A stretch of DNA of 64,000 nucleotides, from NCBI RefSeq assembly GCF_003019035.1, contig NZ_CP027447.1; one strand, written 5' to 3'. Positions within the stretch are counted from its first letter, which is position 1, and each line of letters begins with the position of its first letter. The DNA comes from Escherichia coli. Lineage in GTDB: Bacteria; Pseudomonadota; Gammaproteobacteria; Enterobacterales; Enterobacteriaceae. Below are positions 23,231 to 32,717 of the stretch, piece after piece. The translations under genes and the position numbers were made by a program. Under the pieces are notes generated by a model. The model was not told the DNA's origin. It did not search any database and saw only the letters and a list, made by a program, of their open reading frames with translations.

Positions 23231-24142
23231 GTGCTATTACGAAGTAAAGCTTTTTACAACGGAGTGGCATTAATGAAATCTTGGGTAAAAATGAATAGTT
23301 GGACATCAGAAGACACCAAAGCAGTGAAAACGTGGTTTGATTTGGACAAATATCGAGAGTTTGAAAACATTTCTATTAATATGCTTTACCATGAAATATG
23401 GGCGAGAACCTATTTTTTCAAACCAGTAATAGAAGAAGGAATGCAGAACACAGTATTGAAAAATTATATGCAGATATTGGATGGTGATCCTTTTCTTATC
23501 AAAGAGAAGCACTTAAATTATATGGATGCCGAAAATAAATTATATCAACCCCCATACTTTTTTATTACTACTGTTGATCGAATAGCAAATATCAGTTTTG
23601 ATTGTATGAGAAAGGCTTTATTCATTAGAGCAAATACAGAACAATATAAAATTGATTCCACTATTGAAAATGAATATATTTCCGAAAAAATTCCTGAACA
23701 GTTTCCTACTACGATTATGTTAGAAATCGATCTTGCGGGTGGAAGCGATGATGAGATAGCTGAGGCCCTGCGAGTATCATTACCACAATGGCGAAAAGTA
23801 AAAGGCGTTAAACCTGCACCACTTGATGCAGTCAGATTTGGTTATGGGGCAATAAAAAAATTAATTAGCTATCGAATTATTCCTATGCTTGATTTGCTCG
23901 CATGGTCAGAAAGAAAAAAAGTACTTCTGTCAGACGACAGATTATCTCGATTGCTATACACGGATGAAGATGATGATAAGGCGATTCGCCAAGGATATCA
24001 TATAAGAGATGCTGATCGGCCTTTCGCAATGAAAACTGTAGAAATTGATTTTTTAAGGCAATTTAACTTTTTTATCAATAAAAATCAGCATGTTAAAGAA
24101 ATGAGGGTTTCGGATGTTATGAAACTCTCAGATTCTGAGTGA
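23231..24142 (+). CDS. Hypothetical protein (303 aa), island cargo, no recognisable motif
   Basis: Long AT-rich ORF (GTG start in track; internal ATG candidates) between integrase and alpA. Confidence 0.5.
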   Translation: MLLRSKAFYNGVALMKSWVKMNSWTSEDTKAVKTWFDLDKYREFENISINMLYHEIWARTYFFKPVIEEGMQNTVLKNYMQILDGDPFLIKEKHLNYMDAENKLYQPPYFFITTVDRIANISFDCMRKALFIRANTEQYKIDSTIENEYISEKIPEQFPTTIMLEIDLAGGSDDEIAEALRVSLPQWRKVKGVKPAPLDAVRFGYGAIKKLISYRIIPMLDLLAWSERKKVLLSDDRLSRLLYTDEDDDKAIRQGYHIRDADRPFAMKTVEIDFLRQFNFFINKNQHVKEMRVSDVMKLSDSE

Positions 24143-24262
24143 TATGAATATCCAGAGACTCATAGTTTCGAGCCAAGGATGGCTCTGGTGTTCGTAATCT
24201 CGCTTCATCCATTCGAAATTCATTTGTACTGTAGCCCTGTAGACACAACAGAGGACATACAC

Positions 24263-24466
24263 ATGGAAAATCAAGCTCGTCTCATCCGTTTACCAGAAGT
24301 CATGAAGAAAACTGGATTTGGTAAAGCGTGGATCTATAGGCTTATCAGCAAGGGATGTTTTCCTCAACCAGTAAAAATTGGTCTTCGTGCAGTAGCTTTT
24401 GTAGAGAGCGAAGTAGATAATTGGATCCATGAAACGATTAGTTCTTCGAGAAATAAAGTTTCTTAG
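24263..24466 (+). CDS. alpA: AlpA-like phage/island transcriptional regulator (small HTH, 67 aa)
   Basis: MENQARLIRLPEVMKKTGFGKAWIYRLISKGCFPQPVKIGLRAVAFVESEVDNWI has the AlpA-family pattern (RLP.V...TG......Y......FP.P.K.G.R...W...E...W); the track ORF is extended upstream. Confidence 0.75.
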   Translation: MENQARLIRLPEVMKKTGFGKAWIYRLISKGCFPQPVKIGLRAVAFVESEVDNWIHETISSSRNKVS

Positions 24467-24913
24467 AAAATAAATAAAGAATATTAACACAAATTGTTAG
24501 ACTTTATGGTTGATGTTAATTAAGAGACGATTATGGTATATTAATATAATTTATGAGGTTGAATCCATTTTAAAAAATGGGGTAATAAAAAGGGGCTGTT
24601 TAGAAGCAATTACGCATTGTTATTCTAAATATGAACTAATTAATTATAAAATATCTTTTTTATTTTAAAATGATTATTGTGGTTCTTTCTTCAAATGTCA
24701 ATTTCCTTAACCTATTAAATTAGTGGATCACCGTAATGTATAAGAGTGAACCGTTTGTATTAGATTTTACTTATGAATATTTAGTCGTTTTCACTCAGGC
24801 ATCAAATTGTTGATGAATATATGTTGATTTTGATTCAAAACGAAATAGTCTATTTCTTATACATTTGATATAAAGGGTTATATTGGTATGCTGTACATCA
24901 GAAATGATATGCT

Positions 24914-25168
24914 TTATTTGTTTTTCGCTAATGCTACATATCGTCTATAATATGCAATTGCGCTATATTTTGTCGTATTCATTTTTTCAGCAACTTCTTT
25001 CCATTTTAAACCTGATGATCTTAGTTCAAAAGCAAGCTTTCTTTTTTCAGTTGCTACCCTTTCGTAATTCTCACGGCTAATGCCGTAATATTTTATCACT
25101 GTTGAACGAGATACACCTGCAGCCTTAGCTAAGTCTTTTGCTTTAATTAATTTCCCATGAATTATCAT
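24914..25168 (-). CDS. Small HTH DNA-binding protein (84 aa), co-transcribed downstream of the Rep-like gene
   Basis: HTH-like segment AKDLAKAAGVSRSTVIKYY; its start overlaps the stop of the upstream gene by 4 nt. Confidence 0.5.
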   Translation of the reverse strand: MIIHGKLIKAKDLAKAAGVSRSTVIKYYGISRENYERVATEKRKLAFELRSSGLKWKEVAEKMNTTKYSAIAYYRRYVALAKNK

Positions 25169-26013
25169 AATAATGCCTCCAATGCTATTTCTAATTTTTT
25201 TTGCGTTTTTCTTGTTTTTTTTGCTCTTATTGATTGTATTGTCGAAAATTTCTGAATTGAAAAATTACGCCATGTCCATTTACAAATACTGCTACAAATT
25301 TGTTTTGTCTCTTCATGAGATAATGGATTATGAGGGTTGCTATGATTATTAAGTAAAGTCGCTTTTGATAGCATATCATAAAAAAAACAACGATAGTTTT
25401 TACGTTTTTTAAAACTTAATACTTCTTTATAAGCAATAATTCTTAAATCTTCGAATAAGTTAACGTTGCGGCCCAACCCATGTATAACACTTTTCTTTTT
25501 ACTCGAAATTCTTATTTTGTCTGGGATAAAATCTAAGAGGTATTGTAGATCATATGCTGAAGTATTTGTCCATGTCGTTCTCCATTCATGAATGTTGAGA
25601 GGGTTTTTCATTAAAACATCAGCATAAGCTCTGTCTGCATCTAACCTTTCTGTAAATCCACTCTGAACAATAGCGGCCAATTTTAAAGGCTTATCTCTTG
25701 CCATGTCTGTTTTTAATACCGGATTTTTTAAAGCATAAAGTAAATGAGCATGGCCATTTTTTATGTTTTGTATGATCGTATTTGGTATTGGTAAACCAAC
25801 TAAGTCCCATGCGACCGCTCCATATTTGTGATCTATATCAAAAACCAAACCGTTAATAAAAGATTTGTTATTAAAACAAATATATTTCTTTAGAAGGGCT
25901 TTGTCTTTAGGGGCTCTGTATACCCCATCTCTAAAATCATCACAGCATAAAGCATATTTTTGAATTTGCAGCTTGTATTTTTCTACATTATATATATTTT
26001 CGTCATTTAACAT
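25165..26013 (-). CDS. Replication initiator-like protein (Replicase/primase-like N-terminal domain)
   Basis: 282-aa protein with FDIDHKYGAVAWDLVGLPIPN and NGHAHLLYAL (HxH) motifs reminiscent of plasmid/satellite Rep proteins; family assignment is by motif resemblance only. Confidence 0.5.
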   Translation of the reverse strand: MLNDENIYNVEKYKLQIQKYALCCDDFRDGVYRAPKDKALLKKYICFNNKSFINGLVFDIDHKYGAVAWDLVGLPIPNTIIQNIKNGHAHLLYALKNPVLKTDMARDKPLKLAAIVQSGFTERLDADRAYADVLMKNPLNIHEWRTTWTNTSAYDLQYLLDFIPDKIRISSKKKSVIHGLGRNVNLFEDLRIIAYKEVLSFKKRKNYRCFFYDMLSKATLLNNHSNPHNPLSHEETKQICSSICKWTWRNFSIQKFSTIQSIRAKKTRKTQKKLEIALEALL

Positions 26014-26561
26014 TTATAATCTCCTTATTGTATTCTCCATTTTATTGTATTTTTCTAAAAAGGAGATGCATATTATTTTTATAATTATTTAATAAGGGAT
26101 TTTAAAAGTTTGTCAAGTGTCTAAAAGCCATATCAGATATTAGGTGTTTCTTTTAGGGTTATAATAACAAGAGGGAGGTGCTTCAATGACAATATAAATG
26201 ATGATAGTTTTTTTTAAGTGCAGCTCATAAATCATTATGGCATATTGTAATATGATTACTTTTTATCTGATTAAAAGTAAATATCGATCGCAGATCTTTT
26301 AATTTAATTGTTAATTCAATAATCTGGTCTTGTCAAATTTTCATGGTTAAACTTCAACTTCCTTTATATACAAATCAGATATTTTAAATTTATAACAACA
26401 ATATTTGTAAGCCATAGGAGATATAGAATGTATAAGTTAATTTTTTTTCCAGTTAATACCTGTGATTGTTTTTATTTTGGCGATATAGTTCATTACTTGA
26501 CAATTTAAAAAAAGAATATATAAGTATTTAGATTGATATAGTTAAATTTAAGGATGGTACC

Positions 26562-26975
26562 ATGCAAAATACAAAGCTTAATATTATGGAGCGATATTTG
26601 ATACTGCTCGATAAGTTTGTCGATAAAATTATCGAATCAGGCGTTTCTGAACAACAATTGATCGAGAAGTCGTATCTGTTCTGTGCAGGGTATTATATTA
26701 AGTACCAGCAAGAAATTGAAAGGCTGACATTCTCAAATAAAGATGTCGTTTTAACATTTCTATTATTTTCATACTACAATTATATTAATGAGTTAGATAA
26801 TAATTTAATTAACAAAGTAAGGATGAGGAGAACATGTTCATTACTTATTAATTTCATTGTCGATAATGGTAGTCAGACAGAAAAAATTTATGTGCAGGAA
26901 AAAAAGAAGTACAAATCTTATACATTGAAAAGGGATTTATCAGTAAAGAATAAAAGGAAAAAATATGGTTTATAA
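26562..26975 (+). CDS. Hypothetical protein (137 aa)
   Basis: AT-rich ORF with plausible RBS (AAGGATGG) a few bases upstream; no recognisable motif. Confidence 0.4.
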   Translation: MQNTKLNIMERYLILLDKFVDKIIESGVSEQQLIEKSYLFCAGYYIKYQQEIERLTFSNKDVVLTFLLFSYYNYINELDNNLINKVRMRRTCSLLINFIVDNGSQTEKIYVQEKKKYKSYTLKRDLSVKNKRKKYGL

Positions 26976-27292
26976 CAATATGAAAACTTCCGTGATTTGA
27001 ATTTAAGGCTTTCACCTTATTATCCGATGCCTACATGAAAAATGCCAAAACTTACATAGCTTGCTCCAGCACAAGCAATGTAGAAATCAACTTTATCTCC
27101 TTTAAACATAATCGTGATTGTTTCGTTGCTTCCATGGAGTACCGATGGCAGGGATTTATATCGTTGTCTGGGACTGACCGTTATGCTTATTGTATAAACA
27201 TTTATCTTTGCTGCCAGAAGGGCTCAGACTGTAAGATTCGATAAGGATGCTAACATATTCTATTCGCGATTTTACCGTTCAAGATTTTAATT

Positions 27293-27964
27293 TTAAAATT
27301 GTATTGACTTAATAACGCTTCTGAGTGCGTTATCAAATCTTTGGCTTCTTCTCTTTATCCATTTAATGCAGGTAAAGCTTCCAAGTCGTGAGGCAAAATA
27401 GGTTAACCACATATATTTGTGTTCGTCAAAAACATATCCAGATTTAAACCCCCATGGCAATACAAAAAATGAAATAATCGCAATGCAACAAAGCAAGATA
27501 AATATGGTGGAAAAAAATTTAGGAACAGGCATCGCCCTATAATAAAATGCCATCGAAGCGTTAGGGAAAAGTACGGTGAGAAACGCAGGGATAATAATTG
27601 TCTTTCTATTTAAGTTGACTTCGTATTCACCCGTGGTTGTATTAACAATGAGAGCATCTTTGAAGGCACTAAATGAACCATTAACTCTATACTGGCGAAG
27701 CTCGTATTTACAAATTTTGTGAGATTTTATAAATGTGATACCAAAGGCTGGAATCTGTGTCTCATCCCCCGTATCGGTTTTAACCCAAACTTGGTCAGTA
27801 ATTGGGAGGGGACTGATGACAGTAGCAGAAAAGGTCTCAACGAACATGTAGGTTTCGCCGAACAACTCGAATTTAGGTGTTGTCATCTCAGCTTTCGTTT
27901 CCCGGCGACTTAACGGGTCAATGTTAACTTCTTTATTGCAGTGTTTCGTGATGGAGCTGCTCAT
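27293..27964 (-). CDS. Hypothetical protein with C-terminal transmembrane segments (223 aa)
   Basis: N-terminal soluble region followed by hydrophobic stretches (IIIPAFLTVLFPNASMAFYY, FSTIFILLCCIAIISFFVL). Confidence 0.45.
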   Translation of the reverse strand: MSSSITKHCNKEVNIDPLSRRETKAEMTTPKFELFGETYMFVETFSATVISPLPITDQVWVKTDTGDETQIPAFGITFIKSHKICKYELRQYRVNGSFSAFKDALIVNTTTGEYEVNLNRKTIIIPAFLTVLFPNASMAFYYRAMPVPKFFSTIFILLCCIAIISFFVLPWGFKSGYVFDEHKYMWLTYFASRLGSFTCIKWIKRRSQRFDNALRSVIKSIQF

Positions 27965-28249
27965 ACAAATTCCTATGTTTAAGATGAAATCAGATTCGAT
28001 GATGTATGAAATCGTTCAGTTCCAAAGATGGAATAATGTCTGCCATTTCCAGTACCGGTGCATTAATGAAAAGGATATAGACTAGTAAAATCATAATGTT
28101 AGCATTACAGTGTGAACTAACATTTTGACTAGGTTTACAGGAAACGCAAATCACTTGTACCGATCGATTAACAAATAATGATAGATTATAGCTATCAGTC
28201 TATCTTTATCGATCGGTATAAACGATCAATTTTAGGGGTATGTTGCTTA

Positions 28250-29518
28250 CTAAAATCTACATGTAAGGTGGTAATGTTGCCTTGGCGGCACTAAATTGCC
28301 GTCAAGTAAAGGCTCCACAAAAGTGTTTTTGGGATTGATGGGATGGATTTCTATCTTCATCGCTTCAGTGATGACTTGGTGCTTTGCGGGGCGTCTAAGA
28401 ATTGGGATTTTAAGTTGTCTCAGCAGACGATAAATCGTATCAAGGTAAGGGATGGTTTCCATCCATCTGAATGCTGAGACCTCGTAGCTTTGATTAGGCA
28501 TCTCTTTTACGGCTATAGTAGCTATCGCTTTCTTACTCCCTGCTAAAGCTTCCGAGGAACACTTCTCTTCTACATAAGCGACAGCACTTTCGTCTTTACC
28601 TGCATGCCTATCAATAATAAAAGCTTCGAAGGAGTTTTTAACGTTTTCCTTTAATATTTCGTTTGGATTCGCTTTAGTGATAGTTGCTTTTAGGTCAAAC
28701 AGAAAGCCGTTATCGCGTTCTGGTCTATAATCGAGTTTACCCTGCAAGGTCGACCATGAATAACACTTAGCTAATTGCGAAGCTTTGAAAGCAATCCCGG
28801 CGTATTCGAATGAGAAACCATTCATTTTACCTGTAGATGTGATATTGGGTAATGCATTAATATTTTGTTCAAAAAGCTGTTGGACAAACTCAGTGGTCGA
28901 TACTCTTTTAGAAACTAACGTCTCTAAAGCGTTCTGGATGATGGTTTTTGGGCATTGTTCACCTGTCCTTTTCTCTTGCATCGCTTCATTTCGTGTTTTT
29001 TTTCGTTTTAGTTTAGGGCAGGGCAATGCTAAAGAGGTTTTTGTTTTAGGGCCTTTGGTTCTTAGTAGCGAATAGTCGTGTTCAAGCTGTTGGATAATGC
29101 GTGTACTAATCAGGTTTTCATTTTTTCCGAGATAGAGTTTGCCTGTAATACGGTCTATGCGGCTGGCGATAATGTGGATGTGTTGACCGACCGCATCGTC
29201 ATGCAACACGTAGCATCTGAGATGCGTTTCCGAGAAGCCGATGCGCTTCATATAGTCATCAGCTATAGCGGACCACTGAGCATCGGTTAGCACTTCGTCC
29301 TTTGGTAAACGAAGCGAATTGTGCCAAACAGGTTTATCCACATCAGGGCGAAGCGTTTTTGTTAGATTGAATTCAGTGATCAGATCTTTCGCTGCACACC
29401 CATCCATATTTCCCCCGATCACGACAGGAGCTACCCTATGATGAGAATCTGGTTTTAACGTATAGAGGACGATCCCGATAAAATTCTTACCTCTGCGGAT
29501 CTTTTGCATTCCCTTCAT
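28250..29518 (-). CDS. Mobilization relaxase (MobA/MobL-type)
   Basis: Relaxase three-histidine motif HDDAVGQHIHIIASRID (HxDx4HxH); probable start MKGMQKIRRG at 29518 (track ORF extends to 29569); overlaps the upstream mobC. Confidence 0.75.
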   Translation of the reverse strand: MKGMQKIRRGKNFIGIVLYTLKPDSHHRVAPVVIGGNMDGCAAKDLITEFNLTKTLRPDVDKPVWHNSLRLPKDEVLTDAQWSAIADDYMKRIGFSETHLRCYVLHDDAVGQHIHIIASRIDRITGKLYLGKNENLISTRIIQQLEHDYSLLRTKGPKTKTSLALPCPKLKRKKTRNEAMQEKRTGEQCPKTIIQNALETLVSKRVSTTEFVQQLFEQNINALPNITSTGKMNGFSFEYAGIAFKASQLAKCYSWSTLQGKLDYRPERDNGFLFDLKATITKANPNEILKENVKNSFEAFIIDRHAGKDESAVAYVEEKCSSEALAGSKKAIATIAVKEMPNQSYEVSAFRWMETIPYLDTIYRLLRQLKIPILRRPAKHQVITEAMKIEIHPINPKNTFVEPLLDGNLVPPRQHYHLTCRF

Positions 29519-29924
29519 CGGAGTCTCCCCACAAGTCGGCGGTGATGAGATGTAAGCGAAGATCGGCAATTTGTCGCTTCACTGCAAATAGTTCCGTTTT
29601 TGTCAGGTGGCTTCCGGTACTTTTGTTATCAAGGTGGGCAACAATTTTATTTAGTTTCTGTGAAAGGTCAGCTAAAGATCTCCATGCTTTTATATTAATA
29701 GCTGGAACAACACCAGGAAGCGCATTAAGAAAAGATAAACGAAGCCATTCCCCTTTGCGATGCTGGCCACGTTTTTCATTTAGAAGCGTCAGCTCTTTAT
29801 CATTAAGCCTGACACTGACGCAATGATTACGAATTTGCTTGCGTGAAAGCTTCGTTTCGCAAGAGCTTCTACAGGAAGCTCGCGTATTTATAATAGTCTT
29901 ATTGAAATTATTATTACTGACCAT
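29487..29924 (-). CDS. MobC-like relaxosome accessory protein
   Basis: 145-aa basic protein with a MobC-like LSQKLNKIVAHLDNK motif (similar to the NLNQiARhlN signature), immediately upstream of and overlapping the relaxase gene. Confidence 0.6.
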   Translation of the reverse strand: MVSNNNFNKTIINTRASCRSSCETKLSRKQIRNHCVSVRLNDKELTLLNEKRGQHRKGEWLRLSFLNALPGVVPAINIKAWRSLADLSQKLNKIVAHLDNKSTGSHLTKTELFAVKRQIADLRLHLITADLWGDSDEGNAKDPQR

Positions 29925-30053
29925 ATTAACCTCTTTTTAAATATATAAATAAAAATATTATTTTATTTATATAATAAAATAGTCAGATGTCAATATACAT
30001 GTATTATATTGATTTTAACTTTTTTCAACTGAAAGGCGAAAAAACAAGGGGAA

Positions 30054-30085
30054 ACTCAATGAAGCAGCGTAGCGCTTCGTTGAGT
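30054..30085. promoter_or_regulatory. Candidate oriT inverted repeat upstream of mobC
   Basis: ACTCAATGAAGC...GCTTCGTTGAGT near-perfect inverted repeat (11/12 arms) in the AT-rich leader of the mobC-mobA operon. Confidence 0.4.
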
Positions 30086-30148
30086 TAGCCCTTGCTTTAA
30101 CAATATTGACCAAAATCTCTTTTTAATATAAAATGAATCCTAAGAGGG

Positions 30149-30724
30149 ATGGAGGTATACATGCTCAATGATAATAAAATTCGCACTGCATTAATAAATT
30201 TTTTACTGGCTAAAAAACCAGCGCCAGAAAGGATTATTGAAGAATTGCATATCGAGAACGGAAGAGCAATAGCTGATGTCGTAGCAGCATATAGTTATTT
30301 GCATTGCTACGAGATTAAAGGAGAGACTGATTCAATTGGAAGAATCCTTACTCAAGCTAATTATTATAATACTTCTTTCAACAAAATTACACTTGTAACT
30401 ACAAAAAATCATTTAACATGGGCATTAAAGCGTTCCCCATCCTTCTGGGGAATCATATTAGTAGAATTAAAAGATAATAACATTACTTTCAAATATATAA
30501 GGGGGGCTAAAGATAATATTTTCTTCAGAAAAGAAAATGCTTTCATGATGTTATGGAAGGACGAAATGTTGAAGGTAGCAAATGAAGCCTCTGTACCAGT
30601 TAAAAGATCACACACGAGGATGGAAATAGCCGAAATGCTTAGTAGTTCGCTTAAGAAAAGTGATGCTTTGCAAACTATACAAAGCATCATATCTAATCGA
30701 CTAAAATTAAGGGATGCAGTGTAA
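30149..30724 (+). CDS. Hypothetical protein with PD-(D/E)xK nuclease-like signature (191 aa)
   Basis: Motif ..ENGRAIADVVAAYSYLHCYEIKGE.. (hydrophobic-D ... E-I-K) matches the PD-(D/E)xK core pattern; convergent with and overlapping the 3' end of the three-gene operon. Confidence 0.5.
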   Translation: MEVYMLNDNKIRTALINFLLAKKPAPERIIEELHIENGRAIADVVAAYSYLHCYEIKGETDSIGRILTQANYYNTSFNKITLVTTKNHLTWALKRSPSFWGIILVELKDNNITFKYIRGAKDNIFFRKENAFMMLWKDEMLKVANEASVPVKRSHTRMEIAEMLSSSLKKSDALQTIQSIISNRLKLRDAV

Positions 30725-31822
30725 AACAAACTTAATATGTGAAGTCAGCATGGCTTTAATCCAGGATGAGGGATTACCTGCTTTATCTGGTTTTTTAGGC
30801 GAATAACTACTTCTATCATAAACATATTGTTCCCCATATGAGAATGTAGTTGCCCTGAAGAATTTTTGGTCATGGATTATTGTGGCAATATCATAATATT
30901 GACCATTTCCTCTCTCATCATTCTGGAAAGATCCACCTCTAACACAAAACATATTATTCTTATACGTATAAAATACTTTTGGTGCGGAAACTTTTCTAAA
31001 TAGCTTCGGATCTAAATCTATATCAGAATAATCAGGGCTAACAATTCCATAATCCCCGTATATAATATTACCAATTTTCTTTTCGTTAACTAATGTGTCC
31101 CAAATTTTCCACTCCGCTCTCGTGAACGATTTTCTTTGATAGGTTTCAAGTAATGAGGAAATATTAGCCGGTATCGAAGAGGCTGATATAATGCACTTAT
31201 CAAAGTGAAAGTCTTTATTTACATTTAGAATAAAGTATTCAGCCATGTCAGTTAGTCGCTTTATGTCAGTTGGCTGAATGTATCGTAGATCTATAATTAA
31301 GTGCAATTGTTCTACTTTCAGATTTCTAATGATTACCATCATCTTCAAGAGATGCATTTTTGTTATTTTATAGCTCTCAATATCTTCAGCAACTAACCTT
31401 ATGGCTAATTTCCCTCCGTTAATTGATAGGCTATCGTAAACACTTTTATTGTGTTTCTCTAATCGGTTGATACCGATCACAGGAATATATAAGTAATCAC
31501 GAAAAAGAGATAGTATATATTCGTATTGCTCCACTCCATCAATTAATATTTCATCATCCAGGTCATAATTATCTATGTAAAATTCCATGTTTTTAAATAA
31601 AGCTTTATTATCCAATCTCTTTTTGAAAGAATGAGCTTTATTCAATACATTTTCCATTGTTTGATTATTTGATTCTCTTGGTATATCGAAGAATGGAGTG
31701 ATTTGTGTGAAGATTGTAGCATCTTTTTTGTAAAGCTCTTCGAGGGCTTGAGTTTCGTTGCTTTTTGCTTTTAAAAATGGGATATATTTACTCATTGAAA
31801 CCAAGCTCCCTTCTGACATCAA
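30707..31822 (-). CDS. Hypothetical protein (371 aa), third gene of the ImmA-containing operon
   Basis: Long AT-rich ORF whose start overlaps the stop of the ImmA/IrrE gene; no recognisable catalytic motif. Confidence 0.6.
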   Translation of the reverse strand: MMSEGSLVSMSKYIPFLKAKSNETQALEELYKKDATIFTQITPFFDIPRESNNQTMENVLNKAHSFKKRLDNKALFKNMEFYIDNYDLDDEILIDGVEQYEYILSLFRDYLYIPVIGINRLEKHNKSVYDSLSINGGKLAIRLVAEDIESYKITKMHLLKMMVIIRNLKVEQLHLIIDLRYIQPTDIKRLTDMAEYFILNVNKDFHFDKCIISASSIPANISSLLETYQRKSFTRAEWKIWDTLVNEKKIGNIIYGDYGIVSPDYSDIDLDPKLFRKVSAPKVFYTYKNNMFCVRGGSFQNDERGNGQYYDIATIIHDQKFFRATTFSYGEQYVYDRSSYSPKKPDKAGNPSSWIKAMLTSHIKFVLHCIP

Positions 31823-32717
31823 TTGAATTAACTAAACTTGAGAAGATAACATAATTTTTGTGTTTATTTCTTACCGCACCAGCAGCGATTATTGGGTGTA
31901 TATTAAATCTTTCGCAGACAGATATTAGACTATCAGGTTCATTAAATGTCCGAAAGACAGCTCTATTTGCTTCTCTGGGTATCAGACTATCAGCTGCGGC
32001 TCTGTTAGCCTCAATCTCTACGTCTGTTTCTGTGTCAATGTCTAAATCATCGAGGATTGGCGTATCTAATTTATCATAGTGCAGAGCAATGTGGGATAAT
32101 TCATGCATTAATGTAAACCAAAAGTAATCATATCTCGAATATCTTAAACTTAGACCTATGACTGGTGTTTTATTTGGTAAACAAAAGGTACAGCCATCTA
32201 ACTTCATACCTTTGAATGATTTTTCAATTATTAGAATAATACCATATTCTTCTTTAAGGATTCTTGAAATATAATGAATAGATTGTACATCCCTGCTCAA
32301 ACTTGCAATTATTCCGAGGTTTTCAAAATCCAGATCTGTGAAGACCTTTGTATTTCCTTTTAAATAGGTGTTTAATGACTTTTTTTCTATTAATGATAAC
32401 CATAAATTTATGAGTTCAGAATTAGCATCATCTCTTTTTCTAAATAGTTTATTTTTGTTAAATGTTAAATTTTTTGCTACATCAAGTAGGAATTGATTTT
32501 CGTTTTCCATTTCTGGTTTACGGGAAATAATATCTTTTATTTTTTTGCTGTTTTTTATCTTTTGGAAATTTAGTAAAATTTCCAAATCAGACTCACTAAA
32601 CTGATTTGATACAAAGAAATCTTTCTCATGCGGCATTTGAAATTCCTCCGAGAGTTGATGCGACAACCTGTGATGCCTCATAAAATCGGAGATTTTCTTT
32701 TTCATGGTCGACGCCAA
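31788..32717 (-). CDS. ImmA/IrrE-family Zn-metallopeptidase (COG2856-type) with ~190-aa N-terminal extension
   Basis: HExxH motif WFTLMHELSHIALH followed by the third zinc-ligand region EIEANRAAADSLIP, characteristic of ImmA/IrrE peptidases. Confidence 0.8.
   Translation of the reverse strand: MASTMKKKISDFMRHHRLSHQLSEEFQMPHEKDFFVSNQFSESDLEILLNFQKIKNSKKIKDIISRKPEMENENQFLLDVAKNLTFNKNKLFRKRDDANSELINLWLSLIEKKSLNTYLKGNTKVFTDLDFENLGIIASLSRDVQSIHYISRILKEEYGIILIIEKSFKGMKLDGCTFCLPNKTPVIGLSLRYSRYDYFWFTLMHELSHIALHYDKLDTPILDDLDIDTETDVEIEANRAAADSLIPREANRAVFRTFNEPDSLISVCERFNIHPIIAAGAVRNKHKNYVIFSSLVNSIDVRRELGFNE

Noticed and set aside
27035-27244. 69-aa ORF between island cargo genes
   Set aside because: Short, no RBS, Cys-rich low-complexity translation; likely non-coding.
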